This document shows positions 39,136-48,938 of a stretch of DNA of 64,000 nt, piece by piece. The number at the start of each line of letters is the position of its first letter. Positions within the stretch are counted from its first letter, which is position 1. Source of the stretch: Candidatus Subterrananammoxibius californiae (GTDB lineage: Bacteria > Planctomycetota > Brocadiia > Brocadiales > Subterrananammoxibiaceae); the NCBI GenBank assembly GCA_030586555.1, contig JAURAC010000003.1, forward strand, positions 45,838 to 109,837, read 5' to 3'. The notes under the pieces were generated by a model. That model was not told the DNA's origin. It saw only the letters and a list, made by a program, of their open reading frames with translations, and searched no databases. A program made the position numbers and the translations under genes.

Positions 39136-41109
39136 TTACTTCTCTATTTGAACATGGGTATTCATGTCAGTTCTGTAAAAGCGATAGGTGTTTTTCCCGC
39201 TCTCTTTAGAATGGTACATGGCAATGTCTGCATATTTGGTCAAGCTGTCTACGTCACCCCCGTCCATTGGATAAACGCCGATACCTATACTGGCGGTTGT
39301 GTGGGTTTCGTTGCCATCAAGTATAAAGGGTTGGTATAATACATCGAGGATTTTCTGTGCAATAACAGCAGCATCTTGTGCATGGGTAAGGTCAGGGAGG
39401 ATGACCATAAATTCATCTCCACCCATACGTGCTACGGTGTCACCCTCACGCATAAGTCGTTTGAGCCGCTCCGCGACCGCCTTAATCAGTAAGTCTCCCA
39501 TGTGGTGACCAAAAGAGTCATTAATGGTTTTGAGGTTATCGAGGTCAAGAAAAAAGACGCCCACCACCAGTTTGTTACGCTTCGCATGAATCAGTGCCAT
39601 TCGTAGACGGTCTTCAAATAGCATGCGGTTAGGTAAGTTAGTAAGGGCGTCGTGGTATGCCATGTGTCTTATCGTAGCTTCTGACTGCTTACGCGCAATA
39701 GCGTTTCCTATGATTTCTGCCGCAATGCGTAGCAGAGCCAAATCATCCTCATGCCATGTACCGGTGCTCATAACGTTGTCAAAACCAATAAACCCGATTA
39801 ATTTCTTGTCAATAGACACTGGCAGGGCTAATAATGACTTGATATCTTGGTCCTGCAGGATTTCCTTTTCAGCGGCTGCTTCAGGAGGTAATTTGGACAC
39901 ATCTGTAATCTCTATCACATTACCCGCATACAAGTTTGTCATCCACCATTGTACCATGGAGGTGTGGAGATTTTGGAGGTTCTGGATTTCAGGCGCGACC
40001 CCATCGTTGCACCATTCATGGGTATTATCCATAATTTTATCGTCGTCTCGGAACTGAAAGAGGTATGCCCTGCTGGCTCCACTCATCCGTCCAATGTCAG
40101 CCAATGAGGCAGAAACGGCAGTGTTAAAGTCCGAGAGTCTAACAAATCTCGTAGAGATACTGGCTATGGTCTTTTCAAAATCCATTCTATGCTTGAGAGC
40201 TTCTTCCGCTTGTTTTCGTTCGATAAACTGGCCAATTTGGCTTCCACTAACGATCATCAGATAGAGCAAGTCCTCATCGGGTTGCTCTATCTCCCGGCTA
40301 AAGAACTCGACTGCTCCTAAAAATTTGCTACTGCCCATGATGGGAAAAGCAAAGGCGCTATGCAACCCTTCCTTGGCAGCAATAGCGGCTCGCTGAAAAT
40401 TAGTATCGTGAACAACGTCAGAAATCCAGACAGGTTTGGCATAAGCCCAGACGCGACCCGGCAATCCAACACCTGGTGGAAATGTAGTTTTCCGACTAAT
40501 TGCCTCAAACTCTGCCACTTTGACCGACGGTGAATGCCAGATTTCAATACAACGCAATTCGTTTTTCTTGCCTGCGGTCCAGAGTGCGCCTAAATCCCAC
40601 CCCAGACCTTCACACATAGTTTGAAGAATTTTTAGTGTAGCTTCATCAATGGAGGTAGACTCTGTCAATATGCGCGTGATAGCGTACTGCACGCCAAGGC
40701 GTTGTTCAACCAACTTACGTCCGGCGATATCTCTAACTATTACCTGAGACACCCTCTTGCCTGCATATTCAATTACACTTCCTGTCAAATCAACCGGAAC
40801 TGTGTTGCCGTCTTTTCTCAGTATTAGCATATCACTTATAGACCCCGACCCTTTTTCAATTCCTACTTTAAAAGCAGTAGTAACTCTTTTAAGCTCTTCC
40901 TTCGGGTGAAGCTGAGTAAAATTCATATTTACAAGCTCTTTTTGTGTGTAGCCTGTTAGTTCCTCTGCTTTCTTATTTACTTCCAGCAGGTTACCTTCGG
41001 TGTCAGTCAGAAATATAGCATCACTGGCATAATACATCAAAGAACGATATTTTTGGTCGGGCTCGTCATGTGTCTTGTTGATATGGTTTTCTTCACACAT
41101 CATTTGCAC
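39136..41109 (-). CDS. PAS-GAF-GAF diguanylate cyclase
   Basis: PAS, GVGLPGRVW GAF, second GAF, HDALTNLPNR, REGD I-site, RMGGDEF. Confidence 0.9.
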   Translation of the reverse strand: MQMMCEENHINKTHDEPDQKYRSLMYYASDAIFLTDTEGNLLEVNKKAEELTGYTQKELVNMNFTQLHPKEELKRVTTAFKVGIEKGSGSISDMLILRKDGNTVPVDLTGSVIEYAGKRVSQVIVRDIAGRKLVEQRLGVQYAITRILTESTSIDEATLKILQTMCEGLGWDLGALWTAGKKNELRCIEIWHSPSVKVAEFEAISRKTTFPPGVGLPGRVWAYAKPVWISDVVHDTNFQRAAIAAKEGLHSAFAFPIMGSSKFLGAVEFFSREIEQPDEDLLYLMIVSGSQIGQFIERKQAEEALKHRMDFEKTIASISTRFVRLSDFNTAVSASLADIGRMSGASRAYLFQFRDDDKIMDNTHEWCNDGVAPEIQNLQNLHTSMVQWWMTNLYAGNVIEITDVSKLPPEAAAEKEILQDQDIKSLLALPVSIDKKLIGFIGFDNVMSTGTWHEDDLALLRIAAEIIGNAIARKQSEATIRHMAYHDALTNLPNRMLFEDRLRMALIHAKRNKLVVGVFFLDLDNLKTINDSFGHHMGDLLIKAVAERLKRLMREGDTVARMGGDEFMVILPDLTHAQDAAVIAQKILDVLYQPFILDGNETHTTASIGIGVYPMDGGDVDSLTKYADIAMYHSKESGKNTYRFYRTDMNTHVQIEK

Positions 41110-41127
41110 CTCTGGCAGATGGTTGTT

Positions 41128-42624
41128 TTACTCCTTAGCAACGACAGGCGAAGGTGCCTCTGTTCCAGAGACGACTGTAACTGCAGCACCCGACCCAAGG
41201 TCTTCATGTCCTACAATAACAATTACATCGTCTTCATTAAGACCACTGATTACCTCAACTTCATTGCCTTCAGAAAATCCAAGCTTAACCTTTGCTTTAT
41301 GTGCCCTTGTCTCCAACTGAAGCGCATCATTCTGAACTTGTAGGGGCGAACGGCCGTTCGCCCCTACCTTTTCTATATCAATACGACTCCCTGTAGCTTC
41401 TGCAATGCCATCGGAACCCTCTAAAAGTTCAATGGTAATACCACCTGGTCCGCCTGAGGCGGACTTCTCGCTTACTATCCCTGTAACACACTTTTCTGCT
41501 TCGTGGTCAGTCGGTTGTGCTACCGGGTCATCTTTCCTACCTGCATGAGGTGGTCTGGACTTCAAACCTTCGGCTGAGCAGTTCGACCCTGAGCTCACTG
41601 CCGAAGGGTTCAGGTCGAAGCCAAATGAAAGCTTTACGTAATCGCCAACAACAAATTTTTTAGCCTCCTGCTCAGAAAGTGAAAGTATAGCAAAATTTTT
41701 GACAACAAACACCTCTGCACCCTCTGATTCAAAGAGTAATGCCTTTTTGGGTATTATTAACGCATTCGCATGTTGTTCAGTGATAGTATAAACCGACGCA
41801 AACATGCCAGGCCTGAGAGGAGAGCCTTCTGTATATTCAATTTCTATGGTTACTTTTATAGTTCCGCTTTCGGGGTCAACTACCGGGCTAATCATCTTTA
41901 CCACGCCGTTAAATTGTAATCCCGGAAGCGATTCAATGGTTATAATAGCGGGCTGTCCCTCTTTAAGCTTGCTCAGGTCTTTTTCAGGTACATGAATCCT
42001 TGCAAGCAGCGGGTTAAAGTTTGCTACTGCAAAGACCTTCTGATTCTTTTGCACCACATTTCCCACCTCAATTACCCTACCAACAACTATACCAGTTATT
42101 GGAGATGTTATAGTATTGTATGTATATTCAAGGTTTTTCCTTTCGTAATCCACCATCGAGGTTTCATATTGCAGCCTGCTTTCGTCAAGCTGTTCTTTGC
42201 TGGTGATTTTATCCTCGTATGTACCCTGGGAGCGTTCGTATATCATTTTGGCATTTTCGCACCTTATCTTCGCATCTTTAAGGGCAAGGAGTGATTCTGT
42301 CTCGTCAAGTTTTGCAAGCGCCTGACCTTCAGCCACTTTTTGTCCTTCTTCGACAAGTATCTCCTTTACTTGTCCAGAGGTTTTTGTCATTATATCAACC
42401 TGTTTCTCTGCCTCAATTGTGCAATTGATGAGTAAGTAAGTGTTTATATCCTTTTTTTTAACATGAGCAACCTCTACCGGTATTGCAGCTTTCTGGGGTA
42501 AGGAAGCGTTAGCTTCCCTGTTAAGCCCGGTCAAAGCCGATTCAAGAATAATTAATAAAGGTATAACAATTATGTTTATAATACCCGGTTTAGACATGTT
42601 CTTCTCGCCAAAAATATTAAACAT
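41128..42624 (-). CDS. RND periplasmic adaptor (MFP) with a large insertion
   Basis: SGQV..ILVEEG..V..GQ.LA.LD, ITSPI.G.V, ISPVVD..SGT, LRPGMF; start could be 42597. Confidence 0.88.
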   Translation of the reverse strand: MFNIFGEKNMSKPGIINIIVIPLLIILESALTGLNREANASLPQKAAIPVEVAHVKKKDINTYLLINCTIEAEKQVDIMTKTSGQVKEILVEEGQKVAEGQALAKLDETESLLALKDAKIRCENAKMIYERSQGTYEDKITSKEQLDESRLQYETSMVDYERKNLEYTYNTITSPITGIVVGRVIEVGNVVQKNQKVFAVANFNPLLARIHVPEKDLSKLKEGQPAIITIESLPGLQFNGVVKMISPVVDPESGTIKVTIEIEYTEGSPLRPGMFASVYTITEQHANALIIPKKALLFESEGAEVFVVKNFAILSLSEQEAKKFVVGDYVKLSFGFDLNPSAVSSGSNCSAEGLKSRPPHAGRKDDPVAQPTDHEAEKCVTGIVSEKSASGGPGGITIELLEGSDGIAEATGSRIDIEKVGANGRSPLQVQNDALQLETRAHKAKVKLGFSEGNEVEVISGLNEDDVIVIVGHEDLGSGAAVTVVSGTEAPSPVVAKE

Positions 42625-42760
42625 ACATTAATTTTAGCATATAACCCGCATAAAGCAAGGAGTAAAACTTATTTAAGCTGTGCGTAATGAGCTATGAGCA
42701 ATGAACTACGAGCTAAATTGCCTTGCTTTTTTGGCATGCTGTGCGTATAATTATTTTATC

Positions 42761-43309
42761 ATGGAAATTGTAATTTATCCTGCACCTGTATTAAGATTAA
42801 AGGCTAAACCCGTAGAGGAGATAGATGATACTGTTTCCCAGCGTGCTGAGGAGATGCTGGAATTGATGTATGAGGCAAAAGGAGTGGGTCTTGCTGCGCC
42901 GCAAATAGGCTGGTCTAAGCGTCTAATCGTCAAAGATGTTGCAGGCGAGAAGATAGACGACAAGGTTTTTATAAATCCAGTTATCATTGAGGAAAAAGGA
43001 GAGGTTATAGAAGAAGAGGGCTGCTTAAGTTTTCCGGGTGTATTAGGAAAGGTAATGCGCGCTGAGCAGGTGGTGGTAATTGCTTACAACCTGAAAGGCG
43101 AGAGGCTCGAATTTGAAGCTGTAGGATTGGATGCTCGTGTCTGGCAGCATGAGATTGACCATATTGATGGACGCCTTTTTATTGATAAGATGAGCCCTGC
43201 AAGCCGATTGGCCGTTTCAGGGCGATTAAAAGAACTCGAACGAGAATACCAAAAACGGCAGTCAAGTTATCAGATATCAGCACCAAGTAAGCTGAAAGCT
43301 GATGTATGA
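42761..43309 (+). CDS. def: Peptide deformylase
   Basis: GVGLAAPQIG, EGCLS, QHEIDH. Confidence 0.96.
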   Translation: MEIVIYPAPVLRLKAKPVEEIDDTVSQRAEEMLELMYEAKGVGLAAPQIGWSKRLIVKDVAGEKIDDKVFINPVIIEEKGEVIEEEGCLSFPGVLGKVMRAEQVVVIAYNLKGERLEFEAVGLDARVWQHEIDHIDGRLFIDKMSPASRLAVSGRLKELEREYQKRQSSYQISAPSKLKADV

Positions 43310-44298
43310 ACATAGTTTTTTTGGGAACATCTGACTTTGCTGTGCCCAGCTTGCGTTCTTTGGCAGCCTCTAAGCACAAGATTTTGGCAGTGGTTACGCA
43401 GCCCGACAGGCCAAAGGGAAGAAGCAGCCAACCCTGCCCGTCTCCTGTTAAAGCGGTCGCCGATGAATACGGTTTGCGTGTAATTCAACCTGAAAATGTT
43501 AATCATCCAGAAACTGTTTTACTATTGGAGGAGACGCGTCCCGATATTATTATAGTAGTTGCTTATGGTCAGAAGCTTTCCCAGCAAATTTTATCTATAC
43601 CTAAATATCAATGTATCAATATACACGCCTCCTTACTCCCGAGGTATCGGGGTGCAGCGCCTGTAAATTGGGCAATCATAAACGGGGAGGATGTTACAGG
43701 GGTAAGCATTATAATAATGGGAGAGCGAATGGATACTGGCGACATTATCGCCCAGCGCTCATTATCAATATACCCTCATGAAACCGCAGGTGAATTAGAA
43801 AAACGTCTCGCCCCGTTGGGCGCCGAAGTTTTACTATTTGTACTGGAACAACTTGAGAAAGGCACTGTAATTTCCAAAGCGCAGGATGATGCTAATGCAA
43901 CCTATGCGAAAAAGTTAAAAAAAGAAGACGGCAGGATAAATTGGAACCAGGATGCAAAGAGGATACACAATTTCGTCAGAGGGATGACGCCTCGTCCATG
44001 CGCATATACATATCTTTCTAAGGCAGATAAAAAAATTAGAATAATTATTTTGAAAACAGAAATAGGCACTGTGTGGCATGGACAAACTTGTTTGTCCGTG
44101 AAACCACAGCCTGGTGATGTCATTGACATCTCAGCTAAAGGGATAAACGTGGCAGCAATTGATACAGCTGGTGCTGACTTCGTTCCAAGTATCTTGATTA
44201 CCATGCTACAGCCCGAGGGTAGGCGGTTAATGAGCGCAGCAGAATTTATTCGAGGGCATAGTATTAAAGTAGGAGACCATTTCAACTCTATACCATAA
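43306..44298 (+). CDS. fmt: Methionyl-tRNA formyltransferase
   Basis: FLGTSDFA, VVTQPDRP.GR, INIHASLLPRYRGAAP. Confidence 0.96.
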   Translation: MNIVFLGTSDFAVPSLRSLAASKHKILAVVTQPDRPKGRSSQPCPSPVKAVADEYGLRVIQPENVNHPETVLLLEETRPDIIIVVAYGQKLSQQILSIPKYQCINIHASLLPRYRGAAPVNWAIINGEDVTGVSIIIMGERMDTGDIIAQRSLSIYPHETAGELEKRLAPLGAEVLLFVLEQLEKGTVISKAQDDANATYAKKLKKEDGRINWNQDAKRIHNFVRGMTPRPCAYTYLSKADKKIRIIILKTEIGTVWHGQTCLSVKPQPGDVIDISAKGINVAAIDTAGADFVPSILITMLQPEGRRLMSAAEFIRGHSIKVGDHFNSIP

Positions 44299-44355
44299 GT
44301 AGCAGTGGCGGATTAACCCGCCACATAATAAAAATAAAGGGGAGAACTTATAGCT

Positions 44356-44835
44356 ATGGAAGTGCTTGATAAGAAATTTGTATCGTTAAACAATCTGATG
44401 ACCAGGTTAAGGAATAAGAAGTGTTCACCAGGCAGTTTGTTGCTTTTGTTTCCCCACTGCATACAATATTCTAAATGCAAGCAGAATATAAATGCAGATT
44501 TAGCAGAATGCAGACGCTGTGGCAAATGCAAGGTCAAGGATTTGTTGGAGCTTTCTGAAGAATACGGGGTTAGTATTGCTATAGCAAATGGAGGCAGGAT
44601 TGCGCTCCAGAGGGTTATGGCTGACGAAGTAAAAGGCGTAATAGCAATTGCCTGTGAGAAAGAACTCCGCTTAGGAATTATGGCAGCCCTTTCTAAGAGG
44701 GTACTTGGAGTTGCCAATCTAAGACCTCATGGATATTGTGTGGATACCGATGTCGTGCTTGACGACGTAAGAAAGGCTATTGAGCAGTTTTTAGAACGAC
44801 CCCCTGTTTCAAACAGCGAATCCCCCTCGACTTAA
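44356..44835 (+). CDS. DUF116 Cys-rich protein
   Basis: PHCIQ...C, CRRCGKC, IAIACEKEL, C.DT.V; usual neighbour of fmt. Confidence 0.82.
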   Translation: MEVLDKKFVSLNNLMTRLRNKKCSPGSLLLLFPHCIQYSKCKQNINADLAECRRCGKCKVKDLLELSEEYGVSIAIANGGRIALQRVMADEVKGVIAIACEKELRLGIMAALSKRVLGVANLRPHGYCVDTDVVLDDVRKAIEQFLERPPVSNSESPST

Positions 44836-46311
44836 AGGTAGAATATCTTTGTTAATCAGTGGGCAATTTTTTGCCCTAACATCAGGAGGAATAGGAAGGC
44901 CCAAAAACCCACCTTCTTCTCGATTATAAAGCTCGTATATTAGGAAATCTTTAGTCTCTTCTCTTTGTTCGTTTGTTAAAATACCCCCGTCCTTTTTCGA
45001 AGGCTCTTTTATCAAAATACCCCCATTCTCCTTCGAAAGTACTTTTGTTAAACTACCTTCGTTCTTCTCTGAAAGCTCTTTATCTATTTGAAGTACCCAC
45101 CTCGTGCCATGAGCAAAAGGCATTTTAGGTGAAAAATCTTTTGAAAATGTAAACCCCCCTCCATCGCAATAACACTCTCTAACAAATTGTTTAATCCTCT
45201 CTATTTTATCTTTCTCAATTTTCAAACCTAAAAGGTTCATAATGCGGAGGGCAAAATAGGTACCGTTTGTTGAGGCTATTCTTCCCTCAGAAGCACCATA
45301 TCCACCCCGTTGTTCATCCCAGCATCTATCTATAAATTTTAAAAATTTAGTCTTTTTCTCATCATTAAAGAACTTGTTGCGTAATTTAGTGAATTCTTCC
45401 TTATAATAAGGTTTATCGCCCATTAACGATAACGCAAAAGATGTGGCGGACATGGTCGGTTTTTTTTGGGAAGGGCTTGGGGCAAAGCCTAAGGCAGAGC
45501 CATCGACGTCGATAGACTTTTCACAGTTTTCTATATAGTTTTCAATTTCAGACTTTGGGATTAGTTCAAATAATTTGTTCTCCCTATTCAATGACCAAAA
45601 TAGTCTACTTAATAAGTACGTTACGCATATTCCGTCAGTCGTATTATTTCCTGGTTGGTCGTAAACATAATGAATATTATCCTTCAATTCTACACAACTT
45701 CTAATAAACTCGTTTAACTTAGTATCTCTCCACTCAATTATCTTTTTAAGGAACTCATTTGTGTTTCCATTATTAATTAATTTTTCCTTTATTGGTATGC
45801 CAAGTGCATGTTTTATCACCTCTATTGCATTAGAAGTTCCATAAATACTGACTTTCTCTTCTTTCCCGTTAGGGGTAGGGAACGGAACAATGCTATAACC
45901 TCCTTGTTTCTCATCAAAGCACCTATTTACAAAGTTGAGGATCCTATCCTGATTATGTTTAATAAACCCTCCGTCTTTTAATAAAGAGAGGCTTACTAAA
46001 GCGGCACGAGTAGTATCTATACTTCTTTGTAACCAACAATACATGTAATCCCTGAAGCCTGGCTCTAATCCGATATCACTACTTCTTAGCAAAACAAGCA
46101 TAGCGTTACCCACGTCTCGCTTGGCTTCTTCTCTTAGTTCTGCGTCTTTAATAGAAAAGATGCATGGTTTAATGTAGGAGGGGAGTACAGGAGGCTGTAG
46201 CTGTAAAGGTGGCATTTGAAGCGCTTTTTCTACTGGTGGATCTCCTCTCATAGACCAATAAATAAATATCCCACCTAAAAAGATAAGGCTGGAAAAGAAT
46301 AGGATATTCAT
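44809..46311 (-). CDS. Membrane-anchored prenyltransferase/squalene-oxidase repeat (alpha/alpha barrel) protein
   Basis: Repeated F(I/V)..C....GG(Y/F)........T..A units (FVNRCFDEKQGGY, FIDRCWDEQRGGY, FVRECYCDGGGF); N-terminal TM helix from ATG 46311. Confidence 0.6.
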   Translation of the reverse strand: MNILFFSSLIFLGGIFIYWSMRGDPPVEKALQMPPLQLQPPVLPSYIKPCIFSIKDAELREEAKRDVGNAMLVLLRSSDIGLEPGFRDYMYCWLQRSIDTTRAALVSLSLLKDGGFIKHNQDRILNFVNRCFDEKQGGYSIVPFPTPNGKEEKVSIYGTSNAIEVIKHALGIPIKEKLINNGNTNEFLKKIIEWRDTKLNEFIRSCVELKDNIHYVYDQPGNNTTDGICVTYLLSRLFWSLNRENKLFELIPKSEIENYIENCEKSIDVDGSALGFAPSPSQKKPTMSATSFALSLMGDKPYYKEEFTKLRNKFFNDEKKTKFLKFIDRCWDEQRGGYGASEGRIASTNGTYFALRIMNLLGLKIEKDKIERIKQFVRECYCDGGGFTFSKDFSPKMPFAHGTRWVLQIDKELSEKNEGSLTKVLSKENGGILIKEPSKKDGGILTNEQREETKDFLIYELYNREEGGFLGLPIPPDVRAKNCPLINKDILPLSRGGFAV

Positions 46312-46318
46312 GAATAGT

Positions 46319-46741
46319 TCATTTATGCTCACTATCCCTCCAACGCTTATCCCAGAAAACCATCTTCTCAAACGCTATTACCCAGAAGAAAATAATAAGT
46401 ATTATAAACAGGAATGCAGCTGGTTCGGTGGGTTTAAATGGTTTGAAAAGGTCAAGAGCTCTCTCGAAAAAGCTAATCAAAAGGACAACGAAAAATGAGA
46501 AAAATAGAGGAATGCTATATTTTTTGATTCTGTACCAGAAACCTCCCTTCCGGTTTTGGCATACGTTTGCAAAACTCTGGGCAAGTAAGACTACCGCTAT
46601 TCCACACAAGAAAAGGAGTGCAATTGCATATCTGAGCGGAAAGTCTGGTGATAAAGATTCTTTGGGCGAAGGTTTTTCAAGAATGATATACGTTAACCAG
46701 ACTGCAATAAATGCACCGAAGAAATGATTAATTGCACCCAC
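46319..46741 (-). CDS. Hypothetical 4-TM membrane protein
   Basis: GAGGA before GTG; four hydrophobic helices; 7 nt upstream of the next gene. Confidence 0.6.
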   Translation of the reverse strand: MGAINHFFGAFIAVWLTYIILEKPSPKESLSPDFPLRYAIALLFLCGIAVVLLAQSFANVCQNRKGGFWYRIKKYSIPLFFSFFVVLLISFFERALDLFKPFKPTEPAAFLFIILIIFFWVIAFEKMVFWDKRWRDSEHK

Positions 46742-46827
46742 TAATTTCCTCCTTTTTCAGCTCTATTAAAAGTTATTTAGTAACCATGTACTTAAAGAAG
46801 TTAAGAAGTATAGAGTTGAACTATTTT

Positions 46828-46897
46828 ATCCCACCCCCCCCACTTCATCCCACATTGTAACACTTAATTTATACCTTTTTTTCGTCATTGTCAAGAA
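46828..46897 (-). promoter_or_regulatory. Inverted copy of the mraZ promoter with three GTGGG boxes
   Basis: Minus strand TTCTTGACAA..AAAAAAGGT.TAAA..AAGTGTTA.A.TGTGG resembles 47044-47116. Confidence 0.6.
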
Positions 46898-47043
46898 ATT
46901 TTTTATAGGCGTTTTCACAAATTTTTTTAAAAATCCACCACGTTCTAACACTACAATATATTGATGTAATATCTTTTTCTAAGTCAATATATAGTTGATG
47001 TAAAAATATACAAAAAAATTTTCTAAAAATAATAATAAAATTT

Positions 47044-47115
47044 TTCTTGACAAAGGAGAAAAAAGGTTTATAAAGGCAAGTGTTATATTGTGGCAAAAAG
47101 TGGGGAGAAATGGGG
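47044..47115 (+). promoter_or_regulatory. dcw promoter with MraZ-box repeats
   Basis: TTGACA, then (G/A)TGG at 47090, 47100 and 47110 (10-bp period). Confidence 0.7.
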
Positions 47116-47547
47116 ATGCTCACGGGAACCTTCTGTCACGCCTTAGACGAAAAAAACCGTTTATCCATTCCATCCAAATGGAGAAAAGACCTCGAAAAGG
47201 ATGGAAAGGAAGTATACGTCACTCCTGGTTTGGATCAATGTCTTTTCATATTGTCCTCTCTTCAGTTTGAAGAACTCGCACAAAAGGTCAAACAGCTTCC
47301 TTTTACAAAGGAAAATGTGCGGTCCTTTTTGCGGCTCTTTTTTTCCAAAGCTTCTCCGCCCCTTGAATTTGACAAACAGGGCAGAATCTTAATACCTCAG
47401 TTTTTAAAAGACCATGCCGAGATTGATAAGGAAATAGTCCTCGTTGGTGTATACGACAGGATTGAAGCATGGAACCCAAAACTCTGGGATAGTTTCAACT
47501 CACAAAAGGAGGGGTCTTTTGAAAAGATTGCAGAAACCCTCTTTTAA
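47116..47547 (+). CDS. mraZ: Transcriptional regulator MraZ
   Basis: LDEKNRLSIP, DKQGRILIP, VGV.DRIE.W. Confidence 0.95.
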   Translation: MLTGTFCHALDEKNRLSIPSKWRKDLEKDGKEVYVTPGLDQCLFILSSLQFEELAQKVKQLPFTKENVRSFLRLFFSKASPPLEFDKQGRILIPQFLKDHAEIDKEIVLVGVYDRIEAWNPKLWDSFNSQKEGSFEKIAETLF

Positions 47548-47590
47548 GTCTTCATCTGAACAAGAAGTCCTTTTGTTTTTTATTATATTT

Positions 47591-48514
47591 ATGATGTCAG
47601 GGACGATTAAAAATATACCCATCCATAAACCAGTGATGGTCGAGGAAGTCCTGGGATTTCTCAGACCACAGCCGGGTAAAATTATTGTTGATTGTACAAT
47701 AGGGACTGGAGGGCATGCAAGTGAAATCTTGAAAAGAATTGAGCCCGGAGGGATATTAATTGGAATTGATAAAGACGAAGAAATGTTAAAAATAGCAAAA
47801 GAACGCCTTGGGGCTATTGGCAATTCCTTCAGGCTTTTTCATGCAGACTATGCTAACTTAGGGCTTGTTTTAAAGGAGGCAAATATTGAAAGGGTTGATG
47901 GAGCGCTTCTGGACCTCGGTGTTTCCTCACCTCAACTGGAGATACCTGAACGAGGTTTTAGTTTTGATAAGGAAGGTCCTCTTGATATGAGAATGGACAG
48001 GTCGGGAGGTATTACAGCCTCTAATTTGCTTGGGAAACTTTCTGAGAGGGAAATGGAGATTACCTTCAGGAGATACGGCGAGGAACGCTGGTCAAGAAGG
48101 ATTGCTCGGGTTATCCTTCGAGAACGGAGTAAAAGCCGTATTGAGACAACTACGCAACTGGCAAATATAATAGAGCGTGTGGTACCTCCTGTCCGCCCAA
48201 AAGCTGGCGGACGTGGAAGGATTCATCCGGCAACGCGTGTTTTTCAAGCCCTTCGTATCGCCGTAAATAAGGAACTTGAAAGCCTTGAGTATTTGTTAAA
48301 TCATGTGCACGAGTTTCTAACTACAGGCGCACGCATTGTGGTCATAAGTTTTCACTCTTTAGAAGACCGTATCGTAAAAAATGCCTTTCGCAATGGCGCT
48401 CAGGATTCGAACCTAAAAATTTTGACCCAAAAACCTCTGATGCCACGAAGTGCAGAAGTTATTGAAAACATTAGAAGTAGGAGCGCAAAACTTCGTGTGG
48501 CGGAAAGGGTCTAA
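47591..48514 (+). CDS. rsmH: 16S rRNA m4C1402 methyltransferase
   Basis: HKPVM, DCT.G.GGH, DLGVSS.QL, PLDMRM, ISFHSLEDR. Confidence 0.96.
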   Translation: MMSGTIKNIPIHKPVMVEEVLGFLRPQPGKIIVDCTIGTGGHASEILKRIEPGGILIGIDKDEEMLKIAKERLGAIGNSFRLFHADYANLGLVLKEANIERVDGALLDLGVSSPQLEIPERGFSFDKEGPLDMRMDRSGGITASNLLGKLSEREMEITFRRYGEERWSRRIARVILRERSKSRIETTTQLANIIERVVPPVRPKAGGRGRIHPATRVFQALRIAVNKELESLEYLLNHVHEFLTTGARIVVISFHSLEDRIVKNAFRNGAQDSNLKILTQKPLMPRSAEVIENIRSRSAKLRVAERV

Positions 48515-48521
48515 AGGAATA

Positions 48522-48908
48522 ATGATTAGTAAATTCTTGCCTTTGGTAGGAATTACTGTTATAATGACACTATTTATTGTATGGGAACAAGTTCAGACTA
48601 CAAAATGTGGTTATAAGGTGGCAGAACTGCAAAAGAAGATAACCGACCTTCAGGAGAAAAACAGAAGGCTTGAGTGTCAGGTAAGCGCCCTGAAAAAACC
48701 CGAGCGGGTTGTCAATGCAATTCAATCCATGGGGATTGACCTTGCGCAACCCTTAGAGAATAAAGATATGATAGCAAAGACAAAACAGCCCGGTCCTCAG
48801 AGGGGTCGAACAACTAATACTATCGTTGCTTCTGCCAGAGCCGAGCTTGGCCCCCTCGGCAGAGGCAAAGAGGTGAAAAAGCAAAAAGGTGGAAAGGTAA
48901 AGAGGTAA
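48522..48908 (+). CDS. ftsL: FtsL-like cell division protein
   Basis: TM helix plus leucine zipper between rsmH and the PBP gene; C-tail made of an 8-mer repeat. Confidence 0.7.
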   Translation: MISKFLPLVGITVIMTLFIVWEQVQTTKCGYKVAELQKKITDLQEKNRRLECQVSALKKPERVVNAIQSMGIDLAQPLENKDMIAKTKQPGPQRGRTTNTIVASARAELGPLGRGKEVKKQKGGKVKR

Positions 48909-48938
48909 AAAAGAGCCTTTCAACCTTTGGTGCATTAT

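Noticed and set aside
46310..47123. Short ORFs 46310-46498, 46428-46727 and 46869-47123
   Set aside because: Antisense overlaps or AT-rich promoter DNA with no recognisable motifs.
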